Source: Macrostomum lignano (Eukaryota). Taken from it: a stretch of DNA of 27,900 nucleotides. Where the stretch lies: positions 1 to 27,900 of the forward strand of contig NIVC01005046.1 in NCBI GenBank assembly GCA_002269645.1. Reading direction: 5' to 3'. Below, piece by piece: positions 1-9,288 of this stretch (within the stretch, counting starts at the first letter, position 1; the number at the start of each line of letters is the position of its first letter). Both the position numbers and the translations under genes were made by a program. Under the pieces are notes generated by a model that worked only from the letters and a program-made list of their open reading frames with translations, had not been told where the DNA came from and did no database searches.

Positions 1-665
1 TGGATTACCTGAAGGATAGCTCCCTGAGGCACTGAGGATATCTCACTGGGGCACCTGAGGATATCTCACTGAGGCACCTGAGGATATCTCACTGAAGCAC
101 CTGAGGATAGCTCACTGAAGCACCTGAGGATAGCTCACTGAGGCACCTGAGGATAGCTCACTGAGGCACCTGAGGATAGCTCACTGAGGCACCTAAAGAA
201 ATCTCACTGAGGCACCTGAGGATAGCTCACTGAGGCACCTGAGATAGCTCCCTGAGGCACCTGAGATAGCTCACTGAGGCACCTGAGGATAGCTCACTGA
301 GGCACCTGAGGATAGCTCACTGAGGCACCTGAGGATAGCTCCCTGAGGCACCTGAGGATATCTCACTGAGGCACCTGAGGATAGCTCACTGAGGCACCTG
401 AGGATATCTCACTGAGGCACCTGAGAATATCTCACTGATGCACCTGAGGATAGCTCACTGAGGCACCTGAGGATATCTCACTGAGGCACCTGAGAATATC
501 TCACTGAGGCACCTGAGATAGCTCACTGAGGCACCTGAGGATAGCTCACTGAGGCACCTGAGGATAGCTCACTGAGGCACCTGAGGATAGCTCCCTGAGG
601 CACCTGAGGATATCTCACTGAGGCACCTGAGGATAGCTCACTGAGGCACCTGAGGATAGCTCACT
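1..665. repeat. 23-bp minisatellite (GAGGCACCTGAGGATAGCTCACT), roughly 29 copies, in the intron upstream of the first visible AMPD exon
   Basis: Direct 23-bp periodicity with point variants (ATAGCT/ATATCT, CACT/CCCT) and a few 22-bp units. Confidence 0.97.
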
Positions 666-729
666 AAATGTCTCTAAAGAATGTGAAAAGCAGTTAATCA
701 TTAAAAATCGCAATATTTGTTAATCCCAG

Positions 730-1262
730 GTGTACGTAGACCGCAGCGGCGAGCTCCTATCGCTCAAGCAGATTTTCGAAGCCATGAAGATCACGGACTA
801 CGATCTGAACATCGACATGCTGGATGTTCACGCCCGATAGGCACACTTTCCAACGATTTGACAAATTCAATTCCAAGTACAACCCGCTGGTAGGAACCAC
901 CTGAGGGAGGTGTTCCTAAAGACTGACAATCATATTGGCGGCAGGTTCTTTGCCGAGATCCTGCGCGAGGTGATGAACGACCTGAAGGAGTCGCGCTATC
1001 AGAATGCCGAGCTGAGGCTGTCAATCTACGGTAGGTCTGCCGACGAATGGGACAAATTGGCTCAGTGGGCACTGCACCACGGCCTGACCGAGTTCAACGA
1101 CAATGTCCGCTGATGATCCAGATTCCCCGCCTGTTCGATGTGTACCGTCGTCACGGCCAGTTGGACAATTTCCAGACATTTCTGGACAATTTATTCCGGC
1201 CGCTGTTTGAGGCCACTATCGATCCGAGCTCGCATCCGCATCTGTTCGTGTTTATGCAGTCG
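730..1262 (+). CDS. AMPD: AMP deaminase, internal exon (three 1-nt indels as given)
   Basis: Acceptor CCCAG ends at 729; donor GTCAGT at 1263. Across frames it reads [53 protein letters not shown]-(G)[23 protein letters not shown]...[12 protein letters not shown]...NVR(W)[11 protein letters not shown], typical of AMP deaminases. Extra C at 833-835, missing G near 889-890 and near 1112. Confidence 0.95.
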
Positions 1263-1334
1263 GTCAGTTCACTGCTCCCGTGTTTTTATTCGTGATGTGT
1301 ATTTTCTAATCTCTGAAGTGAATTCTCATCCCAG

Positions 1335-1780
1335 TGGGGAAATCCCAATTTCTGTTTAGAAATCCCAATTGCTATGGGGAAATCCCAGTTGCTTTAGGAA
1401 ATCCCAATTACTGTGGGGAAACCCCAGTTACTGTGGTGTGGGGAAATCCCTATTACTTTTGGGAAATCCATACTACTGTAGGGAAATCCTGTTGCTGTGA
1501 GGAAATCCCTATTACTGTGGGAAATCCCTTTTTTCGTGGGAAGTCTCTATTACCATGGAAATTCCTTTTCTGTGGAGAAATCCCTAATATTGTCGGAAAA
1601 TCCCTATTACTGTGGGGAAATCCCGATTGCTGTGGGGAATTTCCTATTTCTGTCGAAATCCCTTTTGGTGTGAGGAAATCCCTATTGCTATGGGGAAATG
1701 CCAATTGATGTAGGTAGATCCCAATTACTTACTGTGGGTGAGAAAGTCCTTATTCTAAGTGGGAAATCCGAATCACTGAG
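1335..1780. repeat. Degenerate ~20-21-bp minisatellite (GGGAAATCCCTATTACTGTG-like) in AMPD intron 1263-1948
   Basis: Recurring GG(G)AAATCCC core at about 20-bp spacing. Confidence 0.9.
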
Positions 1781-1948
1781 TTGAAAAATGCGAAACCATA
1801 AATTAAAGTGACAATCCATCTCTCATGCTATACCATCCGGGTTAACACGTGAATAAAATGAAAGCAACGTAGTAATCGCAGATTCCTGGCTAAATCGTAA
1901 TCTTAAGCCAAACAAGCTGAACTGCAATACACTGCATTGTTTTGGCAG

Positions 1949-2234
1949 GTTGTCGCATTCGACTCAGTAGATGACGAGTCCAAGTCAGAGTCCGTGTGTT
2001 CGATCACGATTCCCCGAACCGGCAGAATGGACGGAGAGTCAGCGCAACCCGCCGTACGCTTACTACCTGTACTACCTGTACGCTAACCTGGTGCCGCTGA
2101 ACGCTCTGAGACGGGAGCGAGGCCTGCAACCGATCGTTCTCAGGCCGCACTGTGGCGAGGCTGGACCTGTGCATCATCTGGCAACCGCCTTCTTGCTGGC
2201 TGACAATATTAGCCACGGCCTGCTGCTCAGAAAG
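1949..2234 (+). CDS. AMPD: AMP deaminase, internal exon (two 1-nt deletions as given)
   Basis: Acceptor TTTGGCAG ends at 1948; donor GTAGCT at 2235. Reads [14 protein letters not shown]...[26 protein letters not shown]...LRPHCGEAG...[12 protein letters not shown], containing the [13 protein letters not shown] and HCGEAG motifs. Confidence 0.95.
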
Positions 2235-2252
2235 GTAGCTCTGTTGCTTCTC

Positions 2253-3705
2253 AGTTGCTGGGCCAGCTTCCCAGATCCTCAGTTGCTGGGCCAGCCTCCC
2301 AGATCCCCAGTTGCTGGGCCAGCTTCCCAGATCCCCAGTTAATTGGCCAGCCTCCCAGATCCTCAGTTGGTGGGCCAGCCTCCCAGATCCCCAGTTGGTG
2401 GGCCAGCCTCCCAGATCCCCAGTTGCTGGCCAGCCTCCCAGATCCCCAGTTGCTGGGCCAGCCTCCCAGATCCCCAGTTGCTGGGCCAGCCTCCTAGATC
2501 CCCAGTTGCTTGGCCAGCCTCCCAGATCTTCCAGTTGCTGGCCCACCAACCTCCCAGATCCTCAGTTGCTGGGCCAGCCTCCCAGATCCCAGTTGCTGGG
2601 CCAGCCTCCCAGATCCCCAGTTGCTGGGCCAGCCTCCCAGATCCCCAGTTGCTGGGCCAGCCTCCTAGATCCCCAGTTGCTTGGCCAGCCTCTCAGATCT
2701 TCCAGTTGCTGGGCCAGCCTCCCAGATCTTCCAGTTGCTGGGCCACCAACCTCCCAGATCCTCAGTTGGTGGCCACCAGCCTCCCAGATCCTCAGTTGCT
2801 GGGCCACCAGCCTCCCAGATCCTCAGTTGCTGGGCCACCAGCTCCCAGATCCTCAGTTGCTGGGCCACCAGCCTCCCAGATCCTCAGTTGCTGGGCCACC
2901 AGCCTCCTAGATCCTCAGTTGCTGGGCCAACAGCCTCCCAGATCCTCACTTGCTGGGCCACCAGCCTCCCAGATTCTCAGTTGCTGGGCCAGCCTCCCAG
3001 ATCCCCAGTTGCTGGGCCAGCCTCCCAGATCCTCAGTTGCTGGTCCAGCCTCCCAGATCCCCAGTTGCTTGGCCAGCCTCCCAGATCCCCAGTTGCTGGG
3101 CCAGCCTCCCAGATCCCCAGTTGCTGGGCCAGCCTCCCAGATCCCCAGTTTCTGGGCCAGCCCCCCAGATCCCCAGTTGCTTGGCCAGCCTCCCAGATCT
3201 TCCAGTTGCTGGGCCACCAGCCTCCCAGATCCCCAGTTGCTGGGCCAGCCTTCCAGATCCCCAGTTGCTTGGCCAGCCTCCCAGATCTTCCAGTTGCTGG
3301 GCCACCAGCCTCCCAGATCCCCAGTTGCTGGCCAGCCTCCCAAATCCCAGTTGCTGGCCAGCCTCCCAGATCCCCAGTTGCTGGGCCAGCCTCCCAGATC
3401 CCCAGTTGCTGGGCCAGCCTCCCAGATCCCCAGTTGCTGGGCCAGCCTCCCAGATCCCCAGTTGCTTGGCCAGCCTCCCAGATCTTCCAGTTGCTGGGCC
3501 ACCAACCTCCCAGATCCTCAGTTGGTGGGCCACCAGCTTCCCAGATCCTCAGTTGCTGGGCCAGCCTTCCAGATCCTCAGTTGCTGGGCCACCAGCCTCC
3601 TAGATCCTCAGTTTCTGGGCCACCAGCCTGCCAGATCCTCAGTTGGTGGGCCACCAGCTTCCCAGATCTTCAGTTGCTGTGCCAGCCTCCCAGATCCTCG
3701 TTGCT
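2253..3705. repeat. 28-32-bp minisatellite (GCCAGCCTCCCAGATCCCCAGTTGCTGG and variants) filling AMPD intron 2235-3784
   Basis: Obvious tandem periodicity; accounts for the many overlapping repetitive ORFs in the track. Confidence 0.97.
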
Positions 3706-3784
3706 GCTCCATCACAACTTGTCCCTCACTGCACAGCGCAATGATATTCCCACGTTACAATTTTTACCCCCCTCTCGCCCGCAG

Positions 3785-4252
3785 GCACCGGTGCTGCAGT
3801 ACCTGTACTACCTGGCCCAGGTGCCCATGGCCATGTCGCCGCTCTCCAACAACAGCCTGTTCCTGCCCTACAGCCGCAGTCCCTTGCCAGACTTTCACGC
3901 CAAAGGCCTGTGCGTGACGCTGAGCACGGATGATCCGCTGATGTTCCACTTCACCAAGGAGCCGCTGATGGAAGAGTACTCTATCGCGGCCCAGGTGTGG
4001 AAGCTCACCAACACAGACATGTGCGAGCTGGCCAGGAACTCTGTAATCATGTCCGGATTTCCTCACGAAGTGAAGAAGCGTTGGCTCGGCCCGGCCTATC
4101 AACACGAAGGCGTCCTTGGCAACGATATTCGTTATACTAATCTGCCTAACGTTCGAGTGGCGTTTCGTTTCGAGAATCTGCTGCACGAATTGGCCCTGGT
4201 TACCACCGCTAATCCGAGGTCGAGAGCTCACAGCGGGCACAGCGGCTTGTCG
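3785..4252 (+). CDS. AMPD: AMP deaminase, C-terminal catalytic exon
   Basis: Acceptor CCCGCAG ends at 3784 and continues ...LLRK|[12 protein letters not shown] in phase 0. Contains [32 protein letters not shown] and DMCELARNS. Probable donor GTGGGT at 4253. Confidence 0.96.
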
Positions 4253-4277
4253 GTGGGTCCTGTGGCTGTTTGGGAAG

Positions 4278-4897
4278 AATCAAGATGGGATGGGATGGGA
4301 AGAATCGGGATGGGATGGGAGGGGAAGAATCGGGATGGGATGTGAAGAATCTGGATGGGATGGGATGGGAAGAATCGGGATGGGATGGGATGGTAAGAAT
4401 CGGGATGGGATGGGATAGGAAGAATCGGGATGGGATGGGATGGGAAGAATCGGGATGGAATGGGATGGTAAGAATCGGGATGGGATGGGAAGAATCGGGA
4501 TGGGATGGGATGGGAGCGGAAGAATCAGGATGGGATGGGATGGGAATAATCAGGATGGGATGGGAAGAATCAGGATGGGGTGGGGTGGGAAGAATCAGGA
4601 TGGGGTGGGAAGAATCAGGATGGGGTAGGAAGAATCAGGATGGGATGGGAAGAATCAGGATGGGATGGGAAGAATCAGGATGGGATGGGAAGAATCAGGA
4701 TGGGGTGGGAAGAATCAGGATGGGATGGGAAGAATCAGGATGGGATAGAGAGAATCGGGATGGGATGGGAGGGGAAGAATCAAGATGGGATAGAATGGGA
4801 TGGGAAGAATCAGGATGGGATAGAGAGAATCGGGATGGGAGGGGATGGGAAGAATCAGGATGGGATGGAAAGAATCAGGATGGTGGGAAGAATCAGG
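4278..4897. repeat. Purine-rich repeat of GGATG pentamers and GGGAAGAATC(A/G)GGAT units, probably intronic
   Basis: Direct periodicity; GGG tracts every ~5 nt. Confidence 0.95.
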
Positions 4898-4965
4898 TGA
4901 GATAGTAATCACTATTTTGAAGGCCTATGACTTAATTACATTCATCCCCATTTGCCAATCCGCAG

Positions 4966-5027
4966 TGCCAGCCGCAATGTCCACAAGGACAAAGTCAATG
5001 AGCGTGCTGTTCGAGGATGAGGGATAA
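4966..5027 (+). CDS. Possible short terminal exon of AMPD
   Basis: Acceptor TTTGCCAATCCGCAG ends at 4965. Phase-0 joining gives CQPQCPQGQSQ* (stop 4999-5001); another frame gives VPAAMSTRTKSMSVLFEDEG* (stop 5025-5027). Frame unresolved, no conserved motif. Confidence 0.4.
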
Positions 5028-5629
5028 GTCCTTAATTAACCTGAGATGTGCTTAAATCTGATTGAAGTACTTCGTAAACAAAGCATGCTTTATTATAGCT
5101 TTAATGTCAGCATTAATAGATTAGATGATTTCAAATCAGCTCTCGTGTTTGTTTTAATGATTCCATTCGATTTTTGGACTTCTTCACATGCCTAATTATA
5201 AAATTTTTTATTATTGATATAGTCACCACCTTAAATACTTATTTCGCATTACAATTTTTTATTAATATATAGTACTCTCCAAAAGCTTGCTGTGTTTTTT
5301 AAACATTTTATTCACTATTTACATCAATATATTGGTTATATTTTATTTTGTAGTAATCATGCATAATTATTATAGTTAGTTGTCACTATAGCCCCGATTT
5401 TTCGGCGAAGTTCTTTTTTATTCTACATACGAGTACACGCTACGTGCACAAGAATCTTCAGTAGGTGTTTAGTTATAATTTGTATACCGTCAAATATATT
5501 ATAGTGTGGAATCGTGGATGTTTTAATTGGAATATCCAGAAACTACTAAAAGTAGCCTGTTCTGTTTTTTTATTTCTTTTTTTCATATCTGAAATTTTTA
5601 TGTGCAATGCTTGAAATCTCTTAAGGGCT

Positions 5630-6437
5630 CCAGCTACAGAGGTGGGCGCCAGCTACAGAGGTGGGCGCCAGCTACATGAGGGGGCGCCAGCTACATGAGG
5701 GGCGCCAGCTACATGAGAGGGCGTCATTTACAGAGGGGGCGCCAGCTACAGAGAGGGGGCGCCAGCTACAGATAAGGGTACACCAGCTACAGAGGGGGCG
5801 CCAGCTACAGATAAGGGTACGCCAGCTACATGAGGGGGCGCCAGCTACAGATAAGGGTACGCCAGCTACAGAGGCGGCGCCATCTACAGATAAGGGTACG
5901 CCAGCTACATGAGGGGGCGCCAGCTACAGATAAGGGTACGCCAGCTACAGAGGGGGCGCCAGCTACAGATAAGGGTACGCCAGCTACAGAGGGGGCGCCA
6001 GCTACAGATAAGGGTACGCCAGCTACAGATAAGGGTACGCCAGCTACAGATAAGGGTACGCCACCTACAGAGGGGCGCCAGCTACAGATAAGGGTACGCC
6101 AGCTACAGAGGGGGCGCCAGCTACAGATAAGGGTACGCCAGCTACAGAGGGGCGCCAGCTACAGATAAGGGTACGCCAGCCACAGAGGGGGCGCCAGCTA
6201 CAGATAAGGGTACGCCAGCTACAGAGGGGCGCCAGCTACAGATAAGGGTACGCCAGCTACAGAGGGGCGCCAGCTACAGATAAGGGTACGCCAGCTACAT
6301 GAGGGGCGCCAGCTACAGATAAGGGTACGCCACCTACAGAGGGGGCGCCAGCTACAGATAAGGGTACGCTGCAGCTACAGAGGGGCGCCAGCTACAGATA
6401 AGGGTACGCCAGCTACAGAGGGGCGCCAGCTACAGAG
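5630..6437. repeat. Two-subunit minisatellite: GCCAGCTACAGATAAGGGTAC (21 bp) and GCCAGCTACAGAGGGG(G)C (17-18 bp)
   Basis: Shared GCCAGCTACA core; the units mostly alternate. Confidence 0.96.
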
Positions 6438-8129
6438 TACACCACTGTGTCATGTAAGATCGTGAATCCCTGGTGTAATCAGTAAATATTCGCCCGCTTA
6501 TTGTACATGTACGATCAGCCACTCTCTGATCCTCACCAGCTCAAGCTGGGGTCTTCTGTGACGCGGTTTTAATTGCGTCACCTGAGGGCTGATGAAGGTC
6601 TGAGAAAAGTTTACCGCACGTTTCGGGGTGCAGGAAATTTGAAATTTTTGCTGAGTTTATTGCATGTATATGCTCAGAGTCCAGAGGAATGGGCAAAACT
6701 GACTCAGTGCTCAGGGCAGAGTCCAGAGCGATAAATTCTTTAGTTTATATTTTCGGCTCCAGTTTTTTAGTTAGTCAGCAAAATAGAATTGTTTAATTCA
6801 ATGTGGCGACACGCATGCTAATCGAACAGAGATCTTCGATCTGATCTGTGGATATTGAGCTTTGTAACCATTGTCTTTGCCTAAAGCTCCTAATTCCGCA
6901 AGCACATAATCCTATAGTGCTTCAGCTCACCCTTGTGTGTAAAAATGGGCACTGAGGGCGTACATTTTTTGGGCGTTGTAGGACACTTACCCCTCCCTAT
7001 ATTGATTATTTTAAACTCAATTTTAAACTATATGTATATATTGAAGGAAAATGCTAGAACTAACGCAGGATCTGATCAAGACAAGGCTAGACTTGTTCAA
7101 CATACTTAAAAACTACAGTACAACAGATTGTGAGTTCACTTGCGCCTACTGAACAGTGAGCGGTAAGTTTTTGAACTTGATAATTTTTCAAAAATGTCAT
7201 CTCGAGCTACCTACTTTTGTTTTAATTGTGCTAGCCAAAGAGGTCTATTTTATGATTGATGTAAGAGAAACTTAGGGGTCAAAAAATTTTTTGTGTTTAT
7301 TCAATTTAGCCAATTAACTAGCTCCATATTTTATCTACAATTCGAACAAGATGAATGAGGCAGTCAAAAATAATCAGTCTTTCGCTCCTTTTTTGAGCGT
7401 TCCCGATGACTCTTTCCGTGACATGGGGGATACAGATCAGATATGTTTTATCTTGTTTAAAGTTACTTTTACTATAGTGCCAAACAAATGATTTGGCACT
7501 ATAGTAAAAGTAATTTTCATTTATCATTTTAATACTTTTTACTTTTTAAAACAGACAATTTTTAGTATTTAAGAGTTACGTTTTTTTGGTACGTCATAGT
7601 AACGTATAAAGTTGGAGTAAAAGTCACGTAGCTTCTTCTTTAAAGTTTATTTAAAAAATTGATTGAAAAGATAGTTTATCATGGCAACAGGGGACAAGTC
7701 TCAAAAAATACTTTTTGTTGACACAAAAAATAGTTTAGGTATCAGAGTTAAAAAATAATTAATTTCTCCGATTCTCTGTTGTAACCTGTGTTACATGTTC
7801 CTCACTTCTTTTTGAATTCTTACACTTACTTGAGTAGCTAAAATCTACGATGCCATGTACAGCTCAAAATTATTTACTTGGAACATATAACATGTCTATA
7901 TACAGTATAGATACATTTATAACAGAACGAGTCGAACTCCTCCTTTGGAGGAAAAAGGGGAAGAACTTCCATCACCGGAATTCTATTCCCTGAAATTCAT
8001 CGCTGAAATTCCATGTCTTGAACCCCATCTTCCTAATTGTCTCCAAATTCTTTACAAAACCTTTCAAATATATTGTCCATATATTGTTTTCCCTGTTTGC
8101 AAAAACTGACTACTATTGTCCAGACTCAG

Positions 8130-8995
8130 ACTCTCTAGTCTCCTTTCTCCTTTCTTCTCTCTCATCTCTCCCCTTTCATATCTCATCTCTTCTCACTTAT
8201 CTATGGTCTCTCCTCTACCCTCTCAGTCTTCTCTTTTCTGCCTCCGATACACTCTGACCCTCTCCTTTCTTATCTCCTATCCCATCCCATCTTTCTTCCC
8301 TCCTTTCTACCATCTCCTGTCTCCTCTGTTCTCTCTTTTCTCTCCTTTTCATTTTCTCTTCTCTCTTCTCCTTTCTCCTCTCATTTTCCGTCTTTTCTAT
8401 AATCTCTAATCTTTTCTCTCTCTTTTCTCACTCATTTCTTTTCTCATTGCATATCTAGTCTCTCCTCTCTGCACTCTCATCTTTATCCTCTTCTTTCTCC
8501 TCAGTGCTTTCTTCTCTAAATCTCTTAACTCTCTCATCTCTGATCTTTTAATCTCTCTTCTCTGTCCTTTCTCCCTTCCCCTCTCGCTTCTCTCACCTCT
8601 CTCCCCTCTCATCTCTACTACCTTATTTATATATTCTCCCTTGTCTTACGTCGTTACTCTCTACTCTTTATTACTCTTTACTCTCGCATCTTGCATCTCT
8701 CATCTCTCATCTTTTTTCTCTCCTATACTCTCTCCTCGCTTCTATTTCCTCTGTACGCTCTTATCCATCCTCTCTTTTCTTTCCTCTCATCTCTCCTGTC
8801 TCCTCTCTGCTATCTCATATCTCCCCTCTCATCTCCTCTCTCCTCCTCTCTCCCTCTTCATTCCCGCCTCCTCCCCTCCCCTCCCCTTTTCTCTCATCCC
8901 CCTTTCTCACCTATCTGTCATCTCTAATCCGTCCTCTCTCATATCTGCTTTCTTTTCTATCATCTCTCCTCTCTTCTCTTTACTCTCTTCTCTGA
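8130..8995. repeat. Pyrimidine-rich low-complexity (degenerate CT/TCTC) tract
   Basis: Plus strand is overwhelmingly C/T; ORFs here are S/L/F-rich artefacts. Confidence 0.9.
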
Positions 8996-9068
8996 CTGAT
9001 TTAATGTGCCAAATCAATCAAAATCCTCTTCGTGAAACAGAACTCCATCAAATTCTCTTCATAAGACT

Positions 9069-9268
9069 TGTTGGCCGTACACCGTTTAACTCTCTGACCC
9101 TCGAGTGTACAATGCCTGCCCCCGTCGCTCTGCAGCCAATCAGCTTGCACGCTTCTTGTTTATCAGGCGCAACTCCACCCCACGCAAATATCGATTTCTA
9201 AATATATATATTGGCGCTCAAGGCCTCGCAGTGGCCAAGCCTTTTCTTACCCCTAAAACAAATCTACA
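9069..9268 (+). repeat. 5' LTR (200 bp)
   Basis: TGTTGGCC...AATCTACA; contains AGCCAATCAG (CCAAT-like) and TAAATATATATA (TATA-like). Confidence 0.97.
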
Positions 9269-9269
9269 T

Positions 9270-9288
9270 TGGCATCGCTAGCAGGAAT
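9270..9288 (+). promoter_or_regulatory. Primer-binding site TGGCATCGCTAGCAGGAAT (complement of a tRNA 3' end with G discriminator, possibly tRNA-Ser)
   Basis: Starts 1 nt after the LTR. The reverse complement ATTCCTGCTAGCGATG-CCA fits T-loop end + T-stem + acceptor strand + G73 + CCA. The amino-acid identity is inference. Confidence 0.8.

Noticed and set aside
2004-3784. Many long overlapping ORFs on both strands (up to 554 aa), one running in frame into the AMPD exon
   Set aside because: They result from a stop-poor minisatellite. Canonical splice sites at 2235 and 3784 join LLRK|APVL exactly as in AMP deaminases.
4116-6168. [12 protein letters not shown]- and ATDKGTP-type ORFs
   Set aside because: Translations of tandem repeats with no independent coding evidence.
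6589-6612. CTGATGA...GAAA as a hammerhead ribozyme core
   Set aside because: No pairable stem II between CTGATGA and GAAA, and no matching stem III/cleavage triplet geometry.
6643-6666. Spliced-leader RNA (TTTATTGCATG resembles a flatworm SL 3' end as recalled, near an Sm-like site)
   Set aside because: The Sm-like site lies upstream of the match instead of downstream, no GT donor follows the ATG, and the rest of the leader is absent.
7051-8000. Possible small exons (donor GTAAGT near 7163; acceptor TATAACAG near 7925)
   Set aside because: No consistent reading frame, partner splice sites or recognisable product.
8018-9201. Hydrophobic S/L/F-rich ORFs resembling membrane proteins
   Set aside because: Translation of a CT-rich low-complexity tract.
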